Positions 1 to 13,188 of a DNA stretch of 64,000 nucleotides are shown here, piece by piece. The position numbers were made by a program, and so were the translations under genes. The number at the start of each line of letters is the position of its first letter. The stretch's first letter is position 1. The notes below the pieces were generated by a model that was given only the letters and a program-made list of their open reading frames with translations, made no database searches and had not been told where the DNA came from. Source of the DNA: Chrysomallon squamiferum (Eukaryota > Animalia > Mollusca); assembly GCA_012295275.1 (NCBI GenBank), contig CM022673.1, positions 25,358,001 through 25,422,000 on the forward strand, written 5' to 3'.

Positions 1-11
1 GGCAACGTTAG

Positions 12-3000
12 CTATGTTGGAGCTACTTCCTGCAAGGTGGAAATAACCTCCATGTCCCTGTCCTGTTCAGCTGACGTCTGCTCGTTCTGGTTCGGGTCAG
101 GCAGTGACTTGATGAGAGCTGTAATGAGATCTTGTAGCACTTCAGTGTCCTTTTCTTCCAACAGGTCAAATCTCATGTTGAGTACCATGAAGTGAGTGAA
201 CAAACTGTTTAGATGACCATGAATACCTAACATGATTATATCTCTATAGTGTGCGTGGTATATATGAGCAAACACGTGTAGCAGGTACCTGTGAATCTTC
301 TTCACAAAATTGTCAAAACAGCTGGGAAAGGAATGATCTGAAAGAGAAAATTAAAATGTTTGAGCGAGTCAAAACATCTTAACAAGTTACTGTCATACAG
401 AGCATTAAAATGTCATTTCTCTCCACAGGAATTTTTTTCTCATCCATTTCAAACTTTTCCAGGAACAAATCTGCTATTAAAACAGTCACAACTTTAAATA
501 TTAAAGAAATATAATCTACACTTTTCTAGGTACGTACCAAATTTTGTAGGGAAGACAGTTTCATCTGTGATAGTTTTTTGTATAAATGTCATTACATAGT
601 CAATATACTGTGGAGCAGAGTATTTGTATTTCTTGCCTTTATCATCATACCACAAATATTGTCTGAAATACAATTTAAATTAAAAGATTAAAAACTGCAT
701 CAACTACATGAATTTAAATGTTTATTTTGCAAAAGAGTCAATAAAATTTCTGGATACTATTTTTTAAAAGACAAGAAAATATGTATGTCCAAAACAAAAA
801 ATTAATATTTATTTAATAATATTTCTTGTAACTGCTGCAGTTATTTATGTACAATTTCCAAAGTAATGAATTTTAAATAGTAACGATGTAAGTCAGTATT
901 ATAATAAATCTACTACATTAACAAGTCAAAAATCTTTATTTTACATTATGACTTAAACAGTCTACTCTGGATACAAGTACTATATATCTAACTTGAATTT
1001 AAATGAAAGTCTGCTGACAAACTAGTGAATTTATTGTGTTTCAGAAGAGATAAAACAACAAACTGTCACATACACACTGCGTGGAGCACCCATTGAAGGA
1101 CAGTTTTCTGAAGTGCAGTATTCTGATATGACTCCATACATCAGGTTTACATGGTCAAAAAAGGACATTGCTGAAAATTAAATATCAGTACTTAATAAAT
1201 ATGTTGTAATAAAAATGTTTATATAAATATAAATTATTATCCATTATTAAGTATAATTTCTTAATAAAGATACTTTTTCAAATAAGTAAATCACATATAA
1301 ATATGATCAGTTTTTATATTACATTACAGTTATTTGTTATCCTGGAGTTTTTTGTTTTTGTTTCAATACTCTAATAGAATTGTGGAGATTTAGAGTGATT
1401 TATTGTATTGTTTGTTTTACTCTACAAATAAATGAACTGTCTACATTAGCTGTTTTCTTGCTTCTCACTCTGGTTATTATGAGTTTTTATAGCAGTTGAA
1501 GCAATGATTCTGAAATATAATATGAAGATATTAACTTTTGATTATTTGGGAGGGGGAAGTTTTTTGTTTGTATTTTTCTATTTCTTTTTTCTATTTTTTT
1601 TGTTTTGTTTTCTTTCTTTATCTAAATCAGAATTTACAACTGTGCATGTATCTTCTACTTTTTTTTAACTGTAAGTTTTAATACAACAGAGAGGCCTGTT
1701 ATACCTTTTAGGGCCAAATTTTGATTCTGTTTATACATCCTAGGTTATTCTGGATATTCCTGTAAAATAATATAGCCTCCTTATTCGAGACTTAAAAAAA
1801 CTATTTAAGGTTTTGGTAAGCATAACTTAACGTTTCTAAATAATATTCTTAATGATCTGGAAATTTTTTAATTCCTAATAAAAAATATCAGTATTTTGTT
1901 TATATTGCATCTTACAACCTCTCCTAATATCAGTTATATATTTTTTCTGTTGTATTTTTTTTTTTCTTTTTTCCCTTGTTATTAGTTATCTTGAATTTGT
2001 ACAGTTCATTATTACAAGTACTATATTGTTGTAACCACTGAATAAGTTATATTGATTTCAATTTTTTGCTTCATTTTTTTTATTTTTTTTTTTTTTTCTT
2101 CTTCCAAATCTGTGTTTGATATTTTGTCATGTATGTGGTATTTTGTTTATCAAAGATGGCTAGGCATCTCTGGATATGTGCTATTGCTATGGAAACCAAT
2201 GGTAAATCATGGCAAGTTATAATCTGCTTTTCTGATTGTGGAGCCATGTTTCTTGTCTGCAAAGGAGATAATTAATGAAGTTTTATATTCTTAAACCATG
2301 TTTCTCTGAAACAAGTCCTTTAACATTCCATAACTAAATGCAATAGCCTTTGTTGTTTTATGTGTTATACTGGTCAAAAGTGCATTGTAATGGTATCTAT
2401 TCTCTTAGCATAAAGATAAAATTTAGTAACTGTATATATTAGATGAAATCTAACTATGGATATCATAAATTATGTGCCATATGTTTATGAGACTTCCATT
2501 CTGCTGGTCATTTGCCTGTGGCATTTCATTATTCACTTTATTTGCTTATTCTACTTTCTTTGTTTTTGTAAATGATTATTTCTTATTGCCTGAACAAAGC
2601 AGATGTGAAGTCTGTTAAGAAAGATCAATTCATCACGATTTCTTTGGATTTCTTCAGCATGCTTCAATGGAGGGAGTTATTTTATGTTGCTATCAAAGAC
2701 CCGTTCATGATGTCTACTATCAATACAACCACTGACATCATCAGATTTCTGCCATTTATGGAAGTATTTGACATTTATACTCACTCATTCTTTTAAGCAA
2801 TTCATCAAACTTACACCATTCACAACTAAACAAATTTTTTATTTGTTTTCTAGATATATCAACTTTGACTGAATGTCAGCAGCTCATAACTGTAAGTTAT
2901 AAAAGACTCAAACTCTTCTTTTATTTGTAGTCTTTTCTTAGTTTGTTATATTAATTCCTAATTATGTAACTGCTAAGACCTTTCACAGTGGTCTCTATAA

Positions 3001-6000
3001 GCCTGTGAGCTGTTGTTTTTGGTATGGATGAGCTAAGCAGGTCAATAAATGGCATCTTGCCAGTAAACTAAGTACAATGATGAGTTCTGACCAGGATATG
3101 ACTAACAAAGGTGGAACAGGAAAACTTAGTCCTGTTCAAACACAAGTAACAATAATCCACCCAAATTAAGGTGTACAAAAATCAGTGAAAAGAATATTTG
3201 TTTAAATATCTGATTTCAATAAAAAAAAAAAAACTGTATTTATAAATACAAAACAGGTTGGGTTTTTTAAAACAAAAAAAGACAAAAAAATATTTATTAA
3301 ATCTGAAGTAAGATTTAAAAATAGTTTTTGTGAAAGATGTTCTACCTGTTACCTTTATTTAATCTTTAACTTATTTCTTTTTAATTTCTTTTCTTTTAAT
3401 TTTATTTTTTATTACCTGTTTTTTCTTGAATAAATAATGAAAGTTTGATACTTAATACTTTATTGTATTAATAGTTATGGGTTTCAGTTGTACAGTTTAT
3501 GATAACTATGTACAAACAACAGCTATTCTTATCAGCAGCACCTGATCTTATACAATGCATCAGAGATAAAAAGAAAGGATATATCACTGTCTAAAGTTCA
3601 GGATGAACCGTAAACATGCTCTGTATTTTTCAGGGTATTTATGTCCTTGCAGTTTTCATAATCATTTAAATGGTCTGAATATTTAATGTGTGTATATGCG
3701 TATATCTCAAAATGTATTATGGTAATTGTATTGTTCCAGAAGACGAAACATATTCAAATCATTCACCAGCACAGTGTGTCGTATAACCAACATCTATTAC
3801 CATTGATCCCAAAACAACATGATTGAAATTGCATTGTGCTCTGTCTGTAAGACCTGGTTTTATGCCTTTTCAATTATTTTGAGTGAGACAGGGAGTAGAA
3901 AATAAAAAAATCAATCATGTTAAAACTGCCAGATACTGGAAGTGAACAGCAGCACTGTCTATTATCTTGTTTAAAAGTGACTGCTGAAAATTTATCCATT
4001 TGGTCTGCATTTTTTTTTTCTTTCTTTTTTTCAATTTTAAATAAACATGACACAAACACATACACACATATGCATGCATATGTATGAAAGGAAGCAGATT
4101 AACAGAATTCTGATCACTGAAAATAACTAGAAATTACAGAATTAGCTGAACACATGGAACATTAATGCAAAGGTATATTTTTGATTTGGGTTAATATCAC
4201 TAATTTCAGTGTTTTTTTTAATGATTTGATGTTGGTTAACATCTTTAGACACCTTTGGAGAGTGTATAATATTAAGCTTTAACGATGAATCTGTTCATTT
4301 AAATAAACAAGTATTCACTTTATATTATATGGTTGCTCAAGATTTGTGATTTAAGGTACAGAGCAGTAAAAGAAAAAACTCTACGTACAGTACATATTGG
4401 GTTTGAGTAATAATTGACAAAAGTGTGTTACTAAATGCTTTGTTTTCAAGGATATTAAATAAAGAATCAAATAAATATTCCCTAGTAGCATATTATTAAA
4501 TCTTTGAGATTATCAGGAATGGCTGAACAAGAACTAGTTGAAAACTAATATTTGAAACTAATATTTTTCTATTATTTTTATGTTATATGTTTTTCAAAAA
4601 TTAGAATAATCCTATTTTTAAATGGATATATGTTTTCAAAAATCAAAATAATACTAATTTGATAAATCACTTATTAACTGGTTGAAATTAACCACCAGCA
4701 TTTACTGGAATGTGTCATCTGACAGCAACTGAAGAAAACCTCAAAATAAACCCAAAGTAAAAACTCACTGTGAGTTGCCAACCATTCATTATAATCAAGT
4801 TGAGGAGGTAGAGCTACGAGTTTGAAGAAATCTGCATCAGTGATTCTTTCTTTTATGTAATCTTCACATAAATATTGTTTTTCTTCTTCTGGAGGAGTTG
4901 GACAGTCTTTGTCTTTTCGTCTTCCTTTCCTAGAAAAAAGAAAAGAAAAAAAAGAGAGATATATTAATTTTGGTCAATTTTTTGTTAATACTGGTTAACT
5001 AGGTTCAATCACTAAAATCACCAGTTTGATATAATATTAAATTTTAAATATTTTTTTTTATATCTCAGGTAGTCTAATTTCACAGTTATGTATTTCTTTT
5101 ATAAATTTTGAAGAACTAATTTTGTTATTTAATAAACTATGCAGTAACAGTAAAATGCATTACTGGAACTTTTTCGATTAAATTATGATTATGGTCTTGT
5201 GATCATCTCTCTGGAACTGATTCCATGCTATGATAGTTGGAAAAATATAACAACACTATACCTTCTGTTATTTTTATTACTAGTTAAAAATGTTTTTGTT
5301 AACATACAAATAATTCATTCCCTACCAATACCATAGCCAAATACCAGTGTACTGGGAACCCAAAACAAAAGAATACAGAAATTTCAGTAAATATAAGCCT
5401 TTTCAAAATAGTTGATTTACTCATTTAATATGATAAAATAAATCTTAAAAAAAGAGTTTCGTTTTATTTATGGCTAATTTCTATTTTGACAACAATCATA
5501 CAATTATTTTAAATGCGATATGGTGATATGGACATGTAATTATTTCAACACTAGCAATTCCCAGTTTCAGATTAGATTAATTGCAGCTAAAACATTCAAT
5601 CAATTAAAAATGAATTTTTTTTTTTAGAATTTCCGGTCAGCTTTCATGTGCTTTTATTTAGTTATAATAAATTTTTATTTTTACTACTTGCTATTTTTAG
5701 TTAAGGTAACAGTATCTGTAATTTATTTAAATACAGTATGTAGAACAGGCAACTGTCAATGGAAAAAGAAATAACAATATTCATTATTAAATCATGATAT
5801 GGACTTTAGGACATGCTTTCACATTCATCACAAACTATTAAAGCGATGGCAAATCATTCAGACATTTTTCAATAAGGACACCTGCAACATGACAGAAATG
5901 AACCATTTATCATCTGTAGATGTTAAGAATTTAAAGAGAACAGTTATAAGATGTATTAACCAGATTTTAGGAAAAACGTCATAAATATTTAACTACATTC

Positions 6001-7524
6001 TGAAGAAAAGAAGAAAGATGTAAATTGATCTCCTTTCTTTTACATTTTTTAATGCATAATATTAAAACAATTAGGGTGGCAGAAAACGGTTTATTCCATG
6101 AAAATCAAAACTGAATGATACAGAAATAGGGCCATTTCCTTTCACAGCCAGAGTAAAATATTAATACCAAACATAAAATGAGCTGTGCTAAAACATTTCA
6201 TAACATTTAAAAAAGAAAATTTAAATAGGAACTAAAAACAACATGATTTAATTAATTGTAGACATGACCTGGCTTGGAACACAAAGAAAGAGTATAAAAA
6301 CAATCACACCTCTGTTTACACCATTGTGTTTACTTAATGTGATTAAATGGGAATTTAAAAGAACCATGATCAATAAGAAACAGCATACTTGTAGAGAAAT
6401 TAAAATTCAGCAAAATAAACTGAAAAAAGTGGGAAAATTTATACAGTGACTATGATTATTTTACTTATTAGACTCCCAATGCCATATCTTCAACAACAAG
6501 CAGTCTAAATAGTATAAAATCAACTTCAGAATAAATTATATATCAAAATTACACAAACCAGATTAATTTATATTTAATCTACATTTACTAAGGGTTTTTA
6601 TATATAAAATAGAGGCAATATTGAAAAAATACAAAACATATATGTACAATGTATATGTGTGTTTGTGTTTGTGTTTGTGTTTGTGTTTGTGTTTGTGTTT
6701 GTGTTTGTGTTTGTGTTTGTGTTAGTGTGTGTGTTTGTGTTTGTGTGTGATCTTAACAGTTTTGAATACCATATATAAAAAAAAACATAAAAAACAAAAC
6801 CCCATTATATTAAAAATTAATCACATTTAATAACATTAAAGAATAAGATTATTATAGATGATTAACATGAACTCAAAACCCTTAACTTCTACAACCTCAG
6901 ATGACAAATATTAATTACTTTCAGTATCAAATTCCACCGCTATTTAACAAACAATAAACTGCAGCATGTGTTATCAATGTCAATATAAAGGCAATCTGAC
7001 TCCACATACATATGCACAGCATCTGTGCAAAGCAACAATCAGCCATAATTCTGCAAGATTTGTTAACAGTAATAATCAATATCAAACATTAATAACAACT
7101 TTCAGTTTTCACTTATGCTTCGTCTCCCGTTCTACTTGGAATAGCATAAAATAATCCATTGCATGGCTGTTAAGAAATTCATGAATATTAAAGATCGTAA
7201 TGATGTATGAATAACAGGCTTCTTGAAATTCACAAAGAAACGTGGTTAAACCAAAAAAGAAATCTAGGCAGGTAATAATATGTATCTTGAGCCTCACATT
7301 ACTCCTGTAATGACACATAATAACAGAGTACAAGTACAAGTACAAAAGAAAAATCCAAGAAGATAAGCAGCTGACAAATTTAAATGTTCCACCTGACCTG
7401 ACAGAGAGGTGGGAATTAAGCTCTGCAAGTTCAAAATTTCTGTTATTTATATAGCAAGACTAATGGTCAGAAAAATTAACAATTAACAATTATGGTGTAT
7501 GTTGCTAATCAGAATGGGTGTGTA

Positions 7525-7566
<42 letters not shown>

Positions 7567-7723
7567 TGTGTTTGTGTGTTTGTCACTGTTTACTTAACTG
7601 TCATTAAATAATAATATCTACACACACATATATGTACAGATACATATGTGTGTGTGTGTGCAGGCGTGCGTGCATGTGTATGTTTATATATATATAAACA
7701 CACACATATACACATACACATAC

Positions 7724-7790
<67 letters not shown>

Positions 7791-9400
7791 ATTCAACTTA
7801 AACTTACTTACCACAGTTTGAAAACAAGGAGGATTCCAGTTGTCATATTTGATTTACACTTGAAAAATGTTTTTAATGAAAAGAGGTTCTCCAGTTTTTC
7901 TAACTAGTCCACTATACTGAACTTTAAAGCCCAAACTAATTACCACTATCCTCAGGAAAAAGAAGTGAAATTTCTTTTGACTGCTAAGTAAATTTTGTGT
8001 CCTGTTTGTTCAGCCAGCAACAAATTTGTAGTATCAATCACAACAGAATATACCAAGTTTGATCACAATGATGTGTCAGTACTATTTTGGTTCAGTGACT
8101 GGTTTACAGAATTACCACTCCAGTAATCATTAATCAAGTAATTATAGCTGTATGTATCACAAGTAACAATAAAAACAAAATATAAATAAAAACAAAACCA
8201 AAAAGATGAGAATACTTCTTTGATATAAATAATAATGTAAAGAAAATATTATTATTAATTTAAAATTTAAAATTTAAAATTTAAAAAATTTTAAAATTTA
8301 ATTTTACACCTAGTTGACTAAACTACTGTCACATTTCCTGGTACGAGTTGAGCTGAGGACACAAAAGCAGTGTTGTATCATGTAGTCAGGGCACAAAGCA
8401 TGTACAAAAACAGTTTCTTCACCTTGCTATTCAATGAGTATCCCTGTTCCCTCACCTGACAAAACCACGTGGTGTGTACAACAGCCTATGAACAATTTAT
8501 TTCTACATGGTCTGATAAAAATCAGGTCATGTTTGTGTATCATGAACTTTCAATACTATAAATAAATTAAAATTAATGTGCATATCATATGATTCATAGA
8601 TAATTTTTTTTTCTTTTTTTTTTCTTTACACAGGAAAAAGCAACCAATTGAAAAAAGATAAAAAGAAATAAAAACTTAAAATATTTTTTTAGCCTTTAAA
8701 TGTATTACACTTAACTAAATATTTATTTACAAACATCCAAATACATCTTAACAAATAAACAGAGTCAGATATTAGGCCTTTGTGTTGATAAGTTTTTTGT
8801 TTTTTTTTTTTTTGTTGAAAAAAGTCAAAAAGAGAAAAAAATAGCATTTCTGTTAAAAGTAATCTTTTTTGTGCACCTTCTATATTATCAGCTTTATTTA
8901 AATATTTAATATTATCTCAAATACAATATTTATACCAGATTTAGAATCAGCACACTAGGAAATAACATATGAAATACCCAACATTATTGTTTGTTTTTTT
9001 GTTCTGTTCAAAAGATAAATCTAAAAGACTTTTCAATGTAACAGTATACATAATTAAGTATGTAAATGGAATGATAACAAAAATTAATAAATGAAAGAAT
9101 AAATAAATATTACATTGCTAATTTTATATTTTAAATGACATCATCATACACTTTATGTCAGAAATAGAAAGAATAAGATGCCACACCTACAAGTTTTTTG
9201 TATTGGTAAGCACCCTTTGATAGACTGGTCACTGTTTTATATTTTATGAATTAAGAAACAGGACTTTAATCAAATAAAATTTTTAAAAAACAAATGAAAA
9301 AATAAAGAATACAAAACTACAGAAAGAAAACAACAGCAACAACAAAAATAATAATAAAATTACTTTCCACTACAAAGTAATGATTTTAATATTGTTATTG

Positions 9401-9473
<73 letters not shown>

Positions 9474-11244
9474 ATTCTGCTGACTGAAAAATAAATGCTT
9501 AATTATTTTATTAATTGAATATGATAATTATTTAGATTTTATGAATAATGTGAAAATTTGTTTAGAAATATGTTGCCTATTAACACACAGGGAAGAACAG
9601 TTTTACAAATTTAAACAATTAATTCCATTATTTATATTAATTCCATTTTTCATTTTAACATAATACAATACCACCCACAACACTAATAAAAACTCATTCA
9701 AAATTATGTTATATTTTATTCTAGTTGGTTTATTTACAGTCTACAGCAAATATCAATTAAAAACAGCTGCAGACACAACAGGTGATGTTATTAATGCTGT
9801 GACTGACCTATCACGATCTTTGATCAGAGCCACATGTTGACTACATTGTCAGCACAATGCAAACATGATTTAGTCATCAACAAGAGGTTGTAACTAGAAA
9901 CAAATATTATTAATATTTAACAGATAAATAATAACTGCATCCCTGAAGTGAACCCAAGTTTACCAAAATGGTATTAAAAATGGTTTTAAAACATGTTTCA
10001 TAATAATAAATATGTATATGGTTTTGTTTGTTTTTTTGTATTTTGGGTGGGGATTTTTTTTTTTTTTTTTAATTATCGTTATGAATAATAATTAAAATAA
10101 TAATGCAACTAAGCAAAATCTGCAAACATAATGTTTAATAAGTAAGTATTACTATTATTGTTCTTTTTTTACTACATTTTTCTTCATCTTTTAAAATGCT
10201 TATAAAAATTACTTAGATTTTTTATTATTTAAAAAAAGAAATAGAATTCCCCTTTTAATTATATGTAATGCATTCTTATCAAAAATCCCTCTGTAAAGAA
10301 GTTTTTCAAAAATGAAATTATAATTAGTTTTAATTTAAATGGAAAAATGTTTAATCTTTCCTGAAATGAAAAACATAGCAGCAAAATACTTGAAGACACA
10401 CTAAGAAAATCTGTTACATATTGAATGCTTAGAGAAAACCTAAAATGCAATTTAGTGACTGCTGGATCAATATGCATGTCGCAACATTATGTTACAAGAA
10501 CACAAATGATCTAATCTACAATGCATAAGGATATTAAATTACAAATTTGTCCATAGATTTAATAATGAAAACCCCTATTACAGCAATGTGAAATAATGTT
10601 TTTTACAGAAAATGATCCATGGTTTATTTATTTTGAGTATGTGTAAACGTGAGCAATGGGATAAACTGTTTCAGTTTTAATCCACTGATGAGAAATCAGC
10701 CTTTAGGCTTTAGCCAAGTTTAAGCTTTAGTGTTGACAGCATTTACGATTTTGTTTAAAATATGTTTATATAGATTTTTATTTATTAATTGTTTTAAATT
10801 TTTATTGCATTTACACACTTTTTCTTCTTTTCTTTTTTTTAAGAAATAAAAACAAACAACAAAAATATGGTATAATTAATAATGAAAATAAGACTGAAGG
10901 AAATAAAGGGGACATAACTCGGTCTGCCGTACTCTATGTTTCATCGTAGTATTAGTTCTGTTACACCTTGGCATTTAAATTAAATTAATAATAATAATTA
11001 ATCGAAATCCTAGTGCTATACTATTTGGTTTTGAACCGGGTGGATCTGATAATATTTCTATCAGTTTTTACTTTACATACACTAATTTTTCAAAGGCACA
11101 CCTAATACTTTGCTGCAGTGTTAGTACTGGTCAGCTGCTGATTTTCCTTTTTCTCCAAAAAGTCACCTAAAGCTAAACTCTAGCTTATTATCATCCCTAC
11201 CGAAGGTCGTTTTTCGATCAAACTTACCCCATAAACCAATCCAT
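12..11244 (-). CDS. MOB2: MOB kinase activator 2 (5 coding exons, ~241 aa)
   Basis: Exons 11244-11228, 4929-4769, 1170-1074, 662-538 and 337-12 have GT-AG ends and consistent phases (726 nt). The product reads MDWFMGKGRRKDK...LVALPPQLDYNEWLATHTMSFFDHVNLMYGVISEYCT...YSAPQYIDYVM...DETVFPTKF...HVFAHIYHAH, matching MOB2 as recalled (MDWLMGK...NEWLASNT...APQYVDFVM...FPTKY). Confidence 0.95.
6657..6748. repeat. (GTTTGT)n microsatellite
   Basis: Directly visible tandem hexamer. Confidence 0.95.
7527..7787. repeat. (GT)n and (TACATA)n microsatellite cluster
   Basis: GT run at 7527-7582 and TACATA run at about 7711-7787. Confidence 0.95.
7812..7846 (-). CDS. MOB2: Candidate alternative first coding exon of MOB2 (MTTGILLVFKLW)
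   Basis: ATG at 7846, then 35 open nt and a perfect GTAAGT donor (7811-7806). Its phase (2) is the same as the main first exon. Confidence 0.5.
9404..9471. repeat. (ATT)n microsatellite
   Basis: About 22 perfect units. Confidence 0.95.
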
Positions 11245-11385
11245 AGTATCTTTCAGATACTCCGGTAGCTTATCCAGTTTGAGGGATAATCACTCTTTCG
11301 TTTTTTCCTCTGATGACACAGTCGTTCCGCAGCAGACGAATCTCAATACTGGCAACTGCATATACTGTCCGACACAACACAAGTC

Positions 11386-11411
11386 CAAAATGGCGACTTA
11401 CATTATCGATA
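11386..11411. promoter_or_regulatory. MOB2 proximal promoter motifs: YY1-like CAAAATGGCG and DRE-like TATCGATA
   Basis: Both motifs lie 140-170 bp upstream of the MOB2 ATG in a locally CpG-enriched patch. This is a motif match only. Confidence 0.45.
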
Positions 11412-12051
11412 GAAATACTGTTTGCTAAACGACGGATTTTCCAGTTAATTTAATTAGTATTAAAATTATTGTCCTTGTCATTAAAAAGTTACTGTACTCC
11501 TTAATGGAAGAACATATTTAAGCAGCAGTCAATAAATGAAAAATATCTGTATATAACGCGACGTACTGAGGCTGTTAGTATTACTGACTGGCGAACAGTT
11601 TGTTTTTCACAATGCTCAAGATTAAAATAATAATAATAATTGTTATTGTTATTATTATTTTTTATTTATTTATTTATTAATTATTATTAATTGTTGTTGT
11701 TGTTGTTAGTTTAACCTGACGCAGGTAATAAACGACGATAATATTTGTATCTTTTTGGAACAATAGGACATAATGAGGTTTGTTTCGAGGTAGACAAAAT
11801 AAAATGAAGTTATCAGCAACAACACTAACATGAAAACAACAACAATAATAATAAAAATAACGCATCAAATTATTTCAATATGTAAAAATTATATTTACAT
11901 TGATTACTGCTTGCATTACAAAAATCAATTAAACGATGATTTTTCTTTAAAATTTTAACAATAATGGCATGAATCACCCAAGCTTAAGAATAACATCGGA
12001 AAAGCCACCAAGACGTTTATAAATATGTTTCTGAAACATTTATAAAATGAA

Positions 12052-12054
<3 letters not shown>

Positions 12055-12087
<33 letters not shown>
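12055..12087. repeat. (GT)n microsatellite
   Basis: Directly visible. Confidence 0.95.
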
Positions 12088-12090
<3 letters not shown>

Positions 12091-12544
12091 AAACAAAAAG
12101 ACAGAAATCAGAGACTGACAGATAGACAGATAGATTGATAGATGTAGTGTTCATACTTTACCATCGTTCCCATTTACATTCCTCTGTCACAACCGATTTT
12201 TTTTTCTTTTTAGTCAAACTTAAATTATATGAAAAATATATTTAAAAAAAGGATATTGACAAAGTACAGATATATACGTGGTGCGTGTGTATGTCTTTTC
12301 TCATCTGATATGAAAAATAATTTTTATATCTCTATTTCTTTCTATCTTCTTGGGCAATAAGAAGAAATACAAAATATGCAAACACGGCTAATAATAATAA
12401 TAATAATAATAATAATACCTTCAACACTAGAATATCAAGTCAGACTTACATTATATAGAAAGCCTAATATTTCATTTTATTGAAATTATGAAATTCGTGA
12501 ATAAACGTACGCACACATGCACTCAAATACACATATATACAGTA

Positions 12545-12548
<4 letters not shown>

Positions 12549-12597
<49 letters not shown>
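12549..12597. repeat. (AG)n microsatellite
   Basis: Directly visible, in the MOB2/SIRT3 intergenic region. Confidence 0.95.
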
Positions 12598-12600
<3 letters not shown>

Positions 12601-13188
12601 ATTTATTCCGATGATTCTAATGTTAGAATCTTGATTTTATTTTGCATTAAATACTGTAAACTAAATGACAATTTTCAATACATATAAAATAAGCCGAATA
12701 CTTTATTACATAATCTGATGCTGAAACTGAAGCATTCGTTATGCTCTGCACCCCTAAAATGAAAATAATCCATTCCACCCACTGTTAATTGTGACGTATA
12801 ATTATTTCACGCAAATTATGTTTAAATACATTAATAGGGCAAGGTAAAATATTTAGTTAATATTTTCTTCTTCTACTTCTTTATATTTCTTTCTTTATTT
12901 CCTTCCTTCTTTCTTTCTTCTTCTTACTTTTTAATTCATCCGTTTCAACATGCCAGCTAAAGAGTAATAGCTTATTGTACAGCTTATAGAGCTCATGCGC
13001 ATTACCCCAAATTATTGTCATCAGTAAGTTATCTTCCCTTGGCCATTTCATAGGTGTTATATTGTAACTATGGGGTTTCTGATGGCTCTTCGAATCTATA
13101 TTTTGCTTTTGTCTGATAGTTTTGTTTTATTAACGTAAATTTCGAAACTCATTTTTCTACGAACAATTAACATATTAAGGGAAGCAGG

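Noticed and set aside
2090-2830. Possible LINE remnant or short ORFs in a MOB2 intron
   Set aside because: The stretch is slightly richer in GC, but it has no recognisable RT or endonuclease motif and no consistent frame.
7590-7787. ORF MYMYMY...
   Set aside because: It is the translation of a (TACATA)n microsatellite.
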